Shown piece by piece: positions 8,928 to 19,358 of a DNA stretch of 64,000 nucleotides. The notes under the pieces were generated by a model that was given only the letters and a program-made list of their open reading frames with translations, had not been told where the DNA came from and made no database searches. This stretch comes from Candidatus Gastranaerophilales bacterium (GTDB lineage Bacteria; Cyanobacteriota; Vampirovibrionia; Gastranaerophilales; Gastranaerophilaceae): positions 3,131-67,130 of the forward strand of contig CALUQY010000001.1 in the NCBI GenBank assembly GCA_944323035.1. The letters run 5' to 3'. Position 1 is the first letter of the stretch. Each line of letters opens with the position of its first letter. The translations under genes were made by a program, and so were the position numbers.

Positions 8928-10148
8928 TTACTCTGACATATATGATGCGAACAACGGCATATAAAGTGCTAATGCCAGTACGCAGACAATCGCACCGATT
9001 ACAAGTAACATTATCGGCTCAATCATTTTGGTTAATGTTGAAATAATATCGTTCAATTTTTTATCAATATAGTTTGTACATTGACCGAGCATGTCGCCCA
9101 GACGACCTGATTGCTCACCAGTTGCTATCATAAACAAAATCATCTTCGGAACAATTCCGGTTGCTCTCAAGGCTACTGAAAGGTGCTGGCCTTTTGATAC
9201 GTTAATAATTGAGGATTCAAGCTGTTCTCTCATTACATCGTTTGTAATAGTCAAAATCGCAAGGTGCAAACATTCAACAATCGGAATCCCCGCATCATAC
9301 GCGACCTGCATAACCGCAATAAAGTTTGAGAAATCCCCAAATGAAAGCATTGTACCCATAACCGGAATTTTCAGCCCCAGCCCGTGGACAACTTTTCTTG
9401 AAGGCGCCCAGCGCATAATCGCCGTGGTCAAAGCACCAAATGCCAGGAACCCGATAGGAATACAAATCCAGTTAGCTTTCATAAACAAACCGGCTTCCAT
9501 CAACACTGCCGTAATCCAAGGTAATTCCTGCCCCATATTATCAAACATATCTTTAAATACAGGGAATACAAACAATAACATAACCAGAATAATTACAACA
9601 GACAAAACAAGTACGAATACCGGATACATCAATGTTCCGATAATTTGCCCCTTGATAGCAGCCTGTTTAGATAACAGTTCCAACAAACGATCCAGTGTTT
9701 TTTCAAGTTCCCCGGTATCTTCGCCGGCTTTACAAAGACCGATATAAATATGCCCGAATTGCAGCGGATATCTCGCAATAGTTCCGGAGAAAGTTCCACC
9801 GGCAATAATCTGTTTTCTTAATTCTTTTGCAACTTTTCTGAGTTTTGCCTTCGCCGCATCGTTTTCAATAAACATGAGGGATTCAATAATCGGAATACCC
9901 GCCTGAACAAGAATCTGCATGGTTGAAGTAAATTCTATTTTATCCTGCAGCCCAAGGTTAGGCAGCGGCGCTAAAGTAGCTTTTGCCTTGTTTTTAGCAG
10001 TAGTATCGCTTCTTTCATCAACAATACTAATCGGAGTATACCCAAGCCGTTTGATACCGGCTCTCGCCTCTGAAATATCAAGAGCTTCGATTTTTCCGTT
10101 TATTAAATCTTTATTATTTTTCAATGCGGTGTAGTTAAATATTGGCAT
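8928..10148 (-). CDS. pilC: Type IV pilus assembly / T2SS platform protein PilC/GspF
   Basis: 406 aa with two GspF-type domains, three TM segments, and typical length and architecture. Confidence 0.8.
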   Translation of the reverse strand: MPIFNYTALKNNKDLINGKIEALDISEARAGIKRLGYTPISIVDERSDTTAKNKAKATLAPLPNLGLQDKIEFTSTMQILVQAGIPIIESLMFIENDAAKAKLRKVAKELRKQIIAGGTFSGTIARYPLQFGHIYIGLCKAGEDTGELEKTLDRLLELLSKQAAIKGQIIGTLMYPVFVLVLSVVIILVMLLFVFPVFKDMFDNMGQELPWITAVLMEAGLFMKANWICIPIGFLAFGALTTAIMRWAPSRKVVHGLGLKIPVMGTMLSFGDFSNFIAVMQVAYDAGIPIVECLHLAILTITNDVMREQLESSIINVSKGQHLSVALRATGIVPKMILFMIATGEQSGRLGDMLGQCTNYIDKKLNDIISTLTKMIEPIMLLVIGAIVCVLALALYMPLFASYMSE

Positions 10149-10159
10149 AATCTTCCTCT

Positions 10160-12172
10160 TTAATCAGTTGCTAAACCCAGTACACGAACAAATTCATCAA
10201 TAGAAGTTTTACCTTCTTTAATATGCCGCAGGCAAGCTGTCTGCAGAACCAGCATACCCTCTTTTACGGCTTCTTCTTCAATATCCAAATCGTGAGCGCC
10301 TTCTGCAATCAGTTTTTTAATTTCTTTCGTAATAGGCATAATTTCGTAAACACCCATACGGCCTTTATAGCCTGTGAAATTACATTCTTCGCAGCCAACA
10401 GGTCTGTAGATAGGTGTTTTCATAAACTCTTCAATCTCAGCTTCATCTTTTAGAACTTTTCTTGCCTCCTGATAGGTCGGGAAGTATTGTTCTTTACACT
10501 TATCGCACAGACGTCTTACAAGACGCTGGGCAATAACACCGGTCAGTGTGGAAGCTACAAGATAATCTTTTGCACCCATTTCGACCAGACGTGTAACGGT
10601 TGCAGCAGCCGAATTGGTGTGGACTGTACTCAAAACAAGGTGCCCTGTTAGTGCTGCAGAAATAGCAATCTCAAGCGTTTCATAATCACGAATTTCACCG
10701 ATAAGGATGATATCAGGGTCTTGTCTTAAGATTGATTTCATACACGCTGCGAATGTAATGCCGGCTTTTACGTTAACCTGCGACTGGTTAATACCGTCAA
10801 GACGAATTTCAATAGGGTCTTCAATTGTCGTAATGTTAACAGTTTCGTCGTTCAGACTCTTCAAAACAGAATAAAGAGTCGTTGTTTTACCGGAACCGGT
10901 TGGACCGGAGGTAAGAATAATTCCGTTCGGAGCACTGCACATATTTTTAACTTTATTGATTTCTTCTTTTGATGCTCCGACAAGGTTAATTGTTTTATCC
11001 ATAGCATTCAAACTTACGGCAGGAGCCAGAATACGGATAACTATCTTTTCTTTACCGGATACCGGAAGCGTTGAAATACGGAAGTCATACGCGCCGCCTT
11101 TGTAATTCATGGAAAACGTACCGTCCTGCGGCCGTCTGTGTTCTGCGATATTCAAACGTGCTATAACTTTAAAACGCGAAATAATTGAGTTTTCAACCTT
11201 ATTTGGGATATCAAAAACTTTTTGCAGCATACCATCTTTACGATAGCGGACTATGTAGTTATTCAAACGCGGCTCAATGTGAATATCTGAAACTTTATTA
11301 TCAATCGCGTTAGTAACAATTTTGTTAACAAACATCGCAACAGAACCGGCAGAATCATTCAAGTCTTTATCGACCATTTCTGCAAGTGTCTGTTCCTGTT
11401 TAAATGCACTGGCTTCTTCTGATGCCATCTGCATTAATTTATCGGTTTCTTTTTTCTCTTCCGAGAAATGTTTTGCCAGAGCGTTTTCAAATTCAAACGC
11501 CGTAATCAAGAGCTGCTTTGGCTGCAAACCGGTGATGTATTGAATATTCTTCAAAATAGCCGGTTTCAGTAATGAAACGGCACCGAGAAGAATTTCTTTT
11601 TCATCGGAATAAACCGGAATACATCTGTTTATACGGATAAATTCTTCAGAAAGCAGGTTGATATATTGTGCCTGCTTTGCAATTTGTTCCGTTGTAACGA
11701 AATCCACACCAGTTTGAACTTTTAAGTATTTCTTTAATTGTTCAAGTGAGATATAACCCAGCTTACAAAGAACAGAACCAACAGGAGTTTTTGTCTTTTT
11801 GCTTTCAGCCATAGCTTCAAGAAGTTGTGCATCAGTGATGATGCCATCATCCAGAAGCATTTCGCCGATTTTATGACGGCTTTCTTTCACCCGCTCGTTA
11901 GTTGCATTAAGGTCAACATTTATATTTGAGGCCTTGATTAACTCAAGCAGATCATCATTAGATAGCTGAATGAATTTAATGGTATAGGTAAAGGTTTCCC
12001 TCAGGATATCGCTGACTTCATCTTTATTAGTATTGGAATTAATTGCAACGAATAAATAATTATCACGCACGTTAATAGGGACAAACAGGTGCTTTTCCAT
12101 AGCTTCAGTGCTAACCTGATTGTATATTTTTTTATTTATGCTGTTTTTTAATTTTATTAATAATTCATTCAT
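10160..12172 (-). CDS. pilB: Type IV pilus assembly ATPase PilB / GspE family
   Basis: Walker A GPTGSGKTTTLYS, Asp/His boxes, CxxC tetracysteine CDKCKE..CEEC, N-terminal GspE_N-like domains. Confidence 0.9.
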   Translation of the reverse strand: MNELLIKLKNSINKKIYNQVSTEAMEKHLFVPINVRDNYLFVAINSNTNKDEVSDILRETFTYTIKFIQLSNDDLLELIKASNINVDLNATNERVKESRHKIGEMLLDDGIITDAQLLEAMAESKKTKTPVGSVLCKLGYISLEQLKKYLKVQTGVDFVTTEQIAKQAQYINLLSEEFIRINRCIPVYSDEKEILLGAVSLLKPAILKNIQYITGLQPKQLLITAFEFENALAKHFSEEKKETDKLMQMASEEASAFKQEQTLAEMVDKDLNDSAGSVAMFVNKIVTNAIDNKVSDIHIEPRLNNYIVRYRKDGMLQKVFDIPNKVENSIISRFKVIARLNIAEHRRPQDGTFSMNYKGGAYDFRISTLPVSGKEKIVIRILAPAVSLNAMDKTINLVGASKEEINKVKNMCSAPNGIILTSGPTGSGKTTTLYSVLKSLNDETVNITTIEDPIEIRLDGINQSQVNVKAGITFAACMKSILRQDPDIILIGEIRDYETLEIAISAALTGHLVLSTVHTNSAAATVTRLVEMGAKDYLVASTLTGVIAQRLVRRLCDKCKEQYFPTYQEARKVLKDEAEIEEFMKTPIYRPVGCEECNFTGYKGRMGVYEIMPITKEIKKLIAEGAHDLDIEEEAVKEGMLVLQTACLRHIKEGKTSIDEFVRVLGLATD

Positions 12173-12217
12173 TGTTCAAAAAAATCATTCCCGTCAAATA
12201 TGATAAAGACCTGTGGT

Positions 12218-14032
12218 TTACAGATCTTCATCATCATAGATAATTTTCGGCGTAATCATGATAATCATTTCTTGTTTGGATTTTTCAGTTGTAGAAGATC
12301 TGAACAAAGCTCCAAGATAAGGAATATCACCTAAACCAGGGATTTTGCTGACGGTTTTGGTATCTTCTTCTTTAATCATACCGCCGATAACAAGTGTTTC
12401 GCCGTCTTTCAATCTGACGTTAGTAAGTTCAAGGTTACGTCTTTGAAGCAGTGTTGCAGCGATATATTCACCGTAACCATCGTTAGCCATAATTCTTTCA
12501 CCGATAGTTGCATAATCCGGTTGAATATCCATCGTTACATAACCGTCAGGACTTATAAACGGAGTAACCGTTACTTTAATACCGTTATCGGATGCGGTAT
12601 TATAAGTTCTTGTTGCAAAAGAACCGGTACCGCTTGCCGTCATTTCGGTAGTTGTATCTGAGATATAATCTGACGTTAAGTCAATCGTTGATTCTTCACC
12701 GTTTGTTACCAGAATTCTCGGATTAGAAACAACACGACCTTTACCGTTTCTCAGTGCATAGCTTACACTATATACGAGAGAAGGTTTATTATATTTAGGG
12801 TTAGTATCTTTAGGGAATTCGGTAACATCGCCGGAAGACTGGTCAAATGTTGGCAGTTGATCCCCGAAGAACCAGATTGGGAAGTTTGTTGCAGTCGAAC
12901 CGTTCATAGCATTGAACGAGAATACATCGCTATAGAATTGCCATGTATTAGACAATGTCTTAGAACCGGATTCTGTCAATTCAATGATAGAAACTTCAAG
13001 ATATGCCTGCGGAATTTTTCTGTCGAATTTTTGAATAAATTCCGAAACCATAGCGATTTGTTCTTCAGATCCGCCGATCATATTAATCAGACCGTTTTGC
13101 TCCTGATAAGAAATTGAGAAGTTTTGCAGATCAAAAGATGTCAAATTACCCGCAGAAGAAGTCGGTTTTACCGTACAAGCCACCTCGCCGGCACCGAGTT
13201 CAAGAGAAGAACCTGAAGCACCACCGGTAATGTACCCGTCGTGAGCGATTTTCAAACCGGTAGAGAGCGGGAGCAGGCTGTCGCTGATTGAATCATTTTT
13301 AATTGTTGTAGGCAGCAGCATCTCGCAAATCATTTCGGCCATTTCTTTAGGTGTTGTATAATTAACTTTGAAAGCTGTGAATGTCGGTTTTTTATCAAAT
13401 CTTTCTACGACCTTTTTGACAATAGAAACATCATTATCAGTACCAAAAACCAGCAATTCATTTGTTACAGGGTTTGTAATAACTATATCGGAGCCTGCAA
13501 GACCCGGTTTTTTCATACCAAAAATGTTTTTATTCAAAAAGTCTGCCATAGAAGCGGCATCGACATATTTAACAGGAATAAAAGTAATTCCCTGTTTCAT
13601 CATATTTATATCAGAGCCGTTTCTTGCAATCACCAGAGTATTACCGTTAATAACAGAATAAGTTAATTGAGAAAGCTCCATAACCAGATCAAATGCTGTA
13701 TTAACCGGTTCATCGACAATATCCAACGTAATTTTTGAAGATATTTTATCGTAGAAAATAATGTTTAAGCCTGCGATATCCGCAAACATTCTCAAGACCT
13801 GTTCAACATCAGAATCTCTCAAGCTCAAAGAAACTTTTTCATCTTTATCTGTTAAAGAAACATCGCCTTTCAATAAAATACCATCGTGCTGATTGTTAAC
13901 GGCGAGTTTAACACCGTTTGCGTCAGTCACTTCAGCAAGAACAGCCGGTGCACTACTCAAACACAATGTCGTTGCCAGCATTGTTCCTAACATTATTTTG
14001 CTTAAAACCGAATTTTTCATGTTCGCTCCCAA
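12218..14032 (-). CDS. pilQ: Secretin PilQ/GspD family
   Basis: C-terminal secretin motif LVIGGMIKEEDTKTVSKIPGLGDIPYLGALFRS and a signal peptide. Confidence 0.85.
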   Translation of the reverse strand: MGANMKNSVLSKIMLGTMLATTLCLSSAPAVLAEVTDANGVKLAVNNQHDGILLKGDVSLTDKDEKVSLSLRDSDVEQVLRMFADIAGLNIIFYDKISSKITLDIVDEPVNTAFDLVMELSQLTYSVINGNTLVIARNGSDINMMKQGITFIPVKYVDAASMADFLNKNIFGMKKPGLAGSDIVITNPVTNELLVFGTDNDVSIVKKVVERFDKKPTFTAFKVNYTTPKEMAEMICEMLLPTTIKNDSISDSLLPLSTGLKIAHDGYITGGASGSSLELGAGEVACTVKPTSSAGNLTSFDLQNFSISYQEQNGLINMIGGSEEQIAMVSEFIQKFDRKIPQAYLEVSIIELTESGSKTLSNTWQFYSDVFSFNAMNGSTATNFPIWFFGDQLPTFDQSSGDVTEFPKDTNPKYNKPSLVYSVSYALRNGKGRVVSNPRILVTNGEESTIDLTSDYISDTTTEMTASGTGSFATRTYNTASDNGIKVTVTPFISPDGYVTMDIQPDYATIGERIMANDGYGEYIAATLLQRRNLELTNVRLKDGETLVIGGMIKEEDTKTVSKIPGLGDIPYLGALFRSSTTEKSKQEMIIMITPKIIYDDEDL

Positions 14033-14038
14033 TTATCT

Positions 14039-14599
14039 TTATTTTCTTCTACCTGCAAATTTAGTTTCCAAAGCAGGGGTTTTTGTTTTATTAACATCAT
14101 ACAAATCTTCGTTTGAAATGATATCGCCGACACCTGCTTTAAAAGTATTAGCGCCCAACTGGACGGTAATATCGTTTTTATCTATTGCGGTTACGACATA
14201 ACCGTTAATTTTATCACCAATTCTTGTTAAGTAATCCTGTCCGCCGATATTAACAATTGCGGAAGAATTAACATTATTTCTGTCATAAATAATTCCGGCA
14301 ACTCTTGCTTTGATAACGTCAAGAGCATCGTTATCCAACCCCGGAACTTCAGGCGGTGCCGCAAGATAATAATCGGTATCTTCATCATAACCGCCAAACA
14401 CCGGTTCAAAAGGGTTATTGCGCCCGACTTCAGTTACAACCATAGACACCTGTTTACGGTCATTTTTAATAGGTTGGATTTGTACTTCATTTGTTTCATC
14501 CGCAGCGTACGCTGTTGGCATAAAACCTGCCGCAACCAGAGAACAGCCTAATAAGGCTATACTTAAATATTTACTTTCAATACTCTCTCTATTCTTCAT
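14039..14599 (-). CDS. Hypothetical exported protein, possible PilP-like pilus assembly component
   Basis: Signal peptide and position immediately upstream of pilQ in the same operon. The PilP call is by context only. Confidence 0.35.
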   Translation of the reverse strand: MKNRESIESKYLSIALLGCSLVAAGFMPTAYAADETNEVQIQPIKNDRKQVSMVVTEVGRNNPFEPVFGGYDEDTDYYLAAPPEVPGLDNDALDVIKARVAGIIYDRNNVNSSAIVNIGGQDYLTRIGDKINGYVVTAIDKNDITVQLGANTFKAGVGDIISNEDLYDVNKTKTPALETKFAGRRK

Positions 14600-14721
14600 A
14601 TTCTACTCTTTGTTTCCCGATTATAAATCTTACATATAATCCACTATTAGAATGATACAACACTTTTAGTTTTTAGATATCAATTATTTAGTGTATTTTT
14701 TGCCTATAAAACAATAATAAT

Positions 14722-15597
14722 CTATTGAAAACTATTGGTTATAGTATAAAGATATTCCAGAATTTGCGAGAAATATCCAAGATCGGAATTCCCGTTTAAG
14801 ACGAAATCTGCCGAATTTCGATGTGGTCTTACGTACTGATACCCGGCGGTTTCAAGATAATTCCACTGTTTTAGTGCATTTTCAGGTGTTTGGTTCCTTT
14901 CTTCACAGGCTCTATGCATGAATCGCCTTTTTCGTATTATATTATCAGACTCTACATAAAGCTTGATATCAAAGATATCACGTACCGTATCAAACATAGT
15001 TGCCGTTCCCTCAACTATTATGAATTTTTCGGAAGACACCGGTAAAGACGACGGGATAGAAATTCCTGTGCCGTTTGGCAAATACGCAGGAGCTTTTATA
15101 TCAATGCCGTCCGCCAGATCCAGTAAGTCACGTCTTAGGATATCCATCTGGAAACTGCTCGGTGCATCTATATCATACCCGCTTTCTATCAATTTGTCAA
15201 AACTTCCGTATTCTGCAATTAATTTGGAAATATCATTAAAGTAATTATCGGTGCTAAGAATAGAAACGGGCATTGAAAGTTCGCTAATAACTGTTTTAAT
15301 AGCTTTACAAATCGTTGATTTACCGGAAGCTGATTCCCCGGTAATACCTATTAAAAAGCGCTTTGTCGGGTTTGTAATCAGACGTCTTGAAAAACTGTTA
15401 GGGAAATTAGGATTCATCTCAATTATCATCGGCTGCGCCTGACGCCTATCATAAGCAATCAATTGTTTGAACTTCGCGTGAAGATAAAACGCGAGGAATT
15501 CTCTGCCTGTTCTGGAATTAAAATCAGGTTTAAGTAACTTGTCGCTTGAATGTGTTTCTTTTTCCAATAATAATTGCATTATATTATCATTTTCCAT
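14722..15597 (-). CDS. Uridine kinase / phosphoribulokinase-family P-loop kinase
   Basis: P-loop ITGESASGKST plus an IVEG..D.KL.V..D...RKRRF..R pattern typical of Udk/PRK-family kinases. Confidence 0.6.
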   Translation of the reverse strand: MENDNIMQLLLEKETHSSDKLLKPDFNSRTGREFLAFYLHAKFKQLIAYDRRQAQPMIIEMNPNFPNSFSRRLITNPTKRFLIGITGESASGKSTICKAIKTVISELSMPVSILSTDNYFNDISKLIAEYGSFDKLIESGYDIDAPSSFQMDILRRDLLDLADGIDIKAPAYLPNGTGISIPSSLPVSSEKFIIVEGTATMFDTVRDIFDIKLYVESDNIIRKRRFMHRACEERNQTPENALKQWNYLETAGYQYVRPHRNSADFVLNGNSDLGYFSQILEYLYTITNSFQ

Positions 15598-15702
15598 AGA
15601 AGTACCGATTTTCAGGTATGTATGATATAATAACCCAGAAATAAAAATTTTGCCACTATCTTAACAATTAATAAGTTTTGTAAAGCTATAAAGGAGAAGA
15701 AC

Positions 15703-16290
15703 ATGAAAAACATAACAAAAGTTATACTTACTATTATATTAATCCTTGCTGCCGGTATGATTGTATTAAAGCTTCCGCTTCCGATGTCGCAGGAGCAGCG
15801 CGAATTTGACGAGGCGATTTTTACAGCGCAAAGGCTGAGGGCAAACGGCAAGTGTCAGAATGCGCTTGAAATTCTGGAAACTCTGGAAGAAGAATTCCCG
15901 ACCACGTCCATATACATTGAGCTTGAAAAAGAGGGCTGCTATAAGGGTTTGAAGCAATACGATAAGATTTACGATTCATGCTTAAATTCCAAACTTACGG
16001 AATACATGCCGGCGCGTGCGGCATTGTGTTCAAAAGAGCTTGCTTCTGCCGGCAGATTTGAAGATGCGCTTTCTATCTGGGATAAAGATATTCAGGACAG
16101 ACCCGAAGAAATTTTCCCTTATTGCAATATCAGTGCTTACGAACAATGGCGTACTAAGACAAATATGAAAATCCAAAATTTCTTTACAAAATTAATACAT
16201 CCGGAAGATTTGACACCAGCAATAAAGGCACAAAGCATAGAGAATATCAACAATCTGAAAAACACGCAGAATAAGAAAAAATCAAAATAA
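15703..16290 (+). CDS. Hypothetical membrane-anchored or exported protein
   Basis: N-terminal TM/signal VILTIILILAAGMIVL; no recognisable domain. Confidence 0.35.
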   Translation: MKNITKVILTIILILAAGMIVLKLPLPMSQEQREFDEAIFTAQRLRANGKCQNALEILETLEEEFPTTSIYIELEKEGCYKGLKQYDKIYDSCLNSKLTEYMPARAALCSKELASAGRFEDALSIWDKDIQDRPEEIFPYCNISAYEQWRTKTNMKIQNFFTKLIHPEDLTPAIKAQSIENINNLKNTQNKKKSK

Positions 16291-17091
16291 TTCCATTTCG
16301 GAACCGACCCCAATAGATTTAACATTCAGGCTTTGGTACATTTTACAGATTGTATCGAAGCCTGTGCAGTGACAAGGGTAAATCATATCTAAATTCTGCG
16401 CCTTAAAATAATCGACTGTTTTATTTATTCTGCTGTCATCCGCTCTTAAAAGATGAAGTCCGCCAATAATGGCAGAAATTTTATTGCAGCCGCAAACTTT
16501 TTTTGCAAATTCACAAATATTTACGATTCCCGAATGTGAACATCCGGTAATTATTACAAGCCCGTTTTTAGACTTAAACGCCAGCGCCGTGTCATCTAAC
16601 AGGAAATCGTCCATGCCGCTCAGCAGTTTTTTACCGTAAGGTGCCGGCGGTTCGAGTTCCGAAATGCGAGGAATTTCACCTAAAAAAATCAGCCCCGGAA
16701 GTACCTCAAACGGTTTATCTTTATAACAGATTTCAAATTTTTCTTCCAAAAGTTCAAGAGGTATATCCAGCCCTATTTTCTCGTCTTTACCGTAAAGCTT
16801 TGGCTCAAACGCGGCAGAATGAGCAATAAGCTTAACACTCTTTTTGAACGACAGATTTAAAAGATGCTTTAAGCCGCCGACATGGTCGTTATGCCCGTGA
16901 GAAATTACGATATAATCCAAATCGTCAAGAGGAATACCCAGCAGTTTTGCATTTTTAATAAAAACATCCGAATAACCTGTATCAAAAAGAACCTTCTTCC
17001 CCCAAGCCTCCAGCAAAAAGGACAATCCAGGCTCACCAAGAAGGTATTTATCTATTAAAGTCGTATTTTCTACAAGAACCGTTAGTTTCAT
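16282..17091 (-). CDS. MBL-fold metallo-hydrolase
   Basis: HGHNDHVGGL metal-binding motif plus downstream conserved D/H residues. Confidence 0.75.
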   Translation of the reverse strand: MKLTVLVENTTLIDKYLLGEPGLSFLLEAWGKKVLFDTGYSDVFIKNAKLLGIPLDDLDYIVISHGHNDHVGGLKHLLNLSFKKSVKLIAHSAAFEPKLYGKDEKIGLDIPLELLEEKFEICYKDKPFEVLPGLIFLGEIPRISELEPPAPYGKKLLSGMDDFLLDDTALAFKSKNGLVIITGCSHSGIVNICEFAKKVCGCNKISAIIGGLHLLRADDSRINKTVDYFKAQNLDMIYPCHCTGFDTICKMYQSLNVKSIGVGSEMELF

Positions 17092-17252
17092 AATTTGAGT
17101 TTAACATAAACAAAAGTAGTAGGTTTTTGAAAAAACTACTACTTTTTTCGCGGGAGAAAAGTCCTAATTTCCGCCGAATATAAACCGCGTAGCGGTGCAA
17201 TAGTTTTCAATAATAACAACCATTATCCTTAATATGTGAGAGGTTTGTTATT

Positions 17253-18167
17253 ATGAAAAAAATCTTGTTATCAATAATATTTATAAATTTACTGTTTGCG
17301 CCGTGTACATTTGCGGCATCAAACACGGAGATTTTGAATAAAATCGAAAATTCCCTGTTCGGTTTTGAATACAATAACGAGGATGAGGCATCGCGCGTAA
17401 ACCGTATTGAGGAAAATGTTTACGGAACGGTTTCAAACGGCGACTTAAACAAACGAATTGCGAAACTAAACAAAGACCTGGGCGCAGAACTCTACGGTCA
17501 GGAAATCGAACCGTGCGAGGATACTCTTGCAAGAGAACAAGAGGAAAAAGAAGTTCTCTCCTCGGAAGATCCGAATATTGATTACCCTGTCATAAACGAA
17601 CTTGAAAAAAGTGTGTTTAATAAAGAGTTTAAAAATATGAAAGTCAAAGATCGTCTTGCGCAGTTAGAGAAAAAAGTTTTCACCAAAGACTATGCCGCCG
17701 ATGATCTTTCGACCCGTGTAGACCGCTTGCGCGAACAGGTTCGCCCGCAGGGGCTTGAACAGCAGCTTGCAAACGCGGTAGATACCTACCACACGGAAGG
17801 CTACTACCCGCCGACTATAGATTATGACGGCATGACAATCGGCGGAACCTCCAGTTCATACGACTCGGATTCTTACAGTTTTCCTATGGCGGGAAGAAAA
17901 GTTAATCTTTCAACGGTTGAAAACGCTCTTTATCACCAGAACTTCAAAAACGAATCTATGTCGAACCGCCTTGCGCGCGTAGAACAGAGTATGTTTGGCG
18001 AAAGTTTTGAAGATCAGGACGAAAAAACGCGTATCGGCAGGATTTCAAGCGCATTTAACGCACAAAAGAGCGCAAGCAAATATGATTCTAACAGATTTGC
18101 GCAAAACATGTCGACCGCAATGCAAATCGGTACAATGATTTTGATGATTTTAGCGTGCATACTGTAG
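17253..18167 (+). CDS. Hypothetical secreted coiled-coil protein with C-terminal hydrophobic anchor
   Basis: Signal peptide MKKILLSIIFINLLFAPCTFAAS; repeated ...NRLARVEQSMFG / SRVNRIEENVYG motifs; C-terminal QIGTMILMILACIL. Confidence 0.4.
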   Translation: MKKILLSIIFINLLFAPCTFAASNTEILNKIENSLFGFEYNNEDEASRVNRIEENVYGTVSNGDLNKRIAKLNKDLGAELYGQEIEPCEDTLAREQEEKEVLSSEDPNIDYPVINELEKSVFNKEFKNMKVKDRLAQLEKKVFTKDYAADDLSTRVDRLREQVRPQGLEQQLANAVDTYHTEGYYPPTIDYDGMTIGGTSSSYDSDSYSFPMAGRKVNLSTVENALYHQNFKNESMSNRLARVEQSMFGESFEDQDEKTRIGRISSAFNAQKSASKYDSNRFAQNMSTAMQIGTMILMILACIL

Positions 18168-18169
18168 TC

Positions 18170-18331
18170 ATTGCTTTGTTTTTATCCCGTTGACATGTTC
18201 TTTAAAAAATTTAATATAATGCCGTGTATCACGAATCTCAGACTCCAAAATCGAAATCAACACACTAATAGTAGTCAAACTCCCATTTAAAACCTCTGAA
18301 TACACTTTCAAATCTTCCAGTTCTGCTGCTT
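18170..18331 (-). CDS. Possible small protein (53 aa), not in ORF track
   Basis: ggagtgaaaATGAAAGCAGCAGAACTGGAAGAT... with a strong SD (GGAG, 5-nt spacer); translates to MKAAELEDLKVYSEVLNGSLTTISVLISILESEIRDTRHYIKFFKEHVNGIKTKQ*. Confidence 0.25.
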
Positions 18332-18464
18332 TCATTTTCACTCCTTTTGTTACGAATTATTAATATATTATTGCCATATACGGCACCATTGCCAAATAAT
18401 ACAAACATAATATCAAGCACGGCCGTATTTGTCAAGTGAGTGACAAATATCGTATACTCAGGTT

Positions 18465-18680
18465 ATGAAATTGAAAGCAAAAGAATTAGTTAAAGTTTTA
18501 TTATCAGAACAAAAGGTTCAACAGAAGGAACTTGCACAAATGTTAAGCGAGAAAGCCGGTAAGAGTTACACGCCAAGCGGTCTTTCGCATAAAATCGGAC
18601 GCGGAACGATTTCATACGACGAGGTTTTACTAATCGCTGACATTCTTGGTTACGAAATATCCGTCAACCGCAAGCCGTAA
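18465..18680 (+). CDS. Small helix-turn-helix DNA-binding protein
   Basis: 71 aa, QKELAQMLSEKAGKSYTPSGLSHKI resembles an HTH. Promoter carries the palindrome TTGTCAagtgagTGACAA (18423-18440) followed by TATACT. Confidence 0.4.
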   Translation: MKLKAKELVKVLLSEQKVQQKELAQMLSEKAGKSYTPSGLSHKIGRGTISYDEVLLIADILGYEISVNRKP

Positions 18681-18683
18681 AAC

Positions 18684-19358
18684 TTACTCAACCCCGATAA
18701 ACTTATGTACCTGCGGGATAACGCGCACACGGTCATAGTGTTTGAGATATTTGTCCAGCACCGCAGAAATAAATTCCGTTGTCACGCTCATTTTATCACC
18801 CAGCATCACAGGAGAAAGCACGAGTTCAAAGTCGTATTTCTTTGCAAGCGCGGCTGTTGCCGCAATTTCTTCATCAGTAATTGAATTGTCAAAAACAATT
18901 TTTGCAAAAAGGTTTTTACCTGTGCAAGCGGCAAAAAACGCATCATGCCTGCAGCCTTTTACTCCCGCCGCGCTTTCAAGCTTGATATCAGCGGAAACAA
19001 TATCAACCAGATCTTTAATTTCTTCAAACTGTTCCGGCAGTGTTGCGTTGGTTTCAAGATAAATCCTGCCAAGCCCGCGCGCAAGCGGTAAAAATTCTTT
19101 TAAAAATTCTGTTTCCAACAGCGGTTCGCCGCCGGTCAAAGAAATTGAATGCAGTCCGGTCAAATCCAGCGCGGATACTACGTCAAAGAGTTCCTGCGCC
19201 GAATACTCTTTTGCACCGGTTGAAGCAAGAAATTCCGTATCACAGTATTTGCATTTCAAATTACAACGGCAAAATCGGATGAATAGCTGTTTATAACCGA
19301 CAAACGGGCCTTCACCCTGAATTGAAACAAAAAATTCTTTTACAAAAGTTTTAGTCAT
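18684..19358 (-). CDS. queE: 7-carboxy-7-deazaguanine synthase (radical SAM)
   Basis: N-terminus FVSIQGEGPFVGYKQLFIRFCRCNLKCKYCDT with a CxxxCxxC radical-SAM cluster, QueE-like. Confidence 0.85.
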   Translation of the reverse strand: MTKTFVKEFFVSIQGEGPFVGYKQLFIRFCRCNLKCKYCDTEFLASTGAKEYSAQELFDVVSALDLTGLHSISLTGGEPLLETEFLKEFLPLARGLGRIYLETNATLPEQFEEIKDLVDIVSADIKLESAAGVKGCRHDAFFAACTGKNLFAKIVFDNSITDEEIAATAALAKKYDFELVLSPVMLGDKMSVTTEFISAVLDKYLKHYDRVRVIPQVHKFIGVE

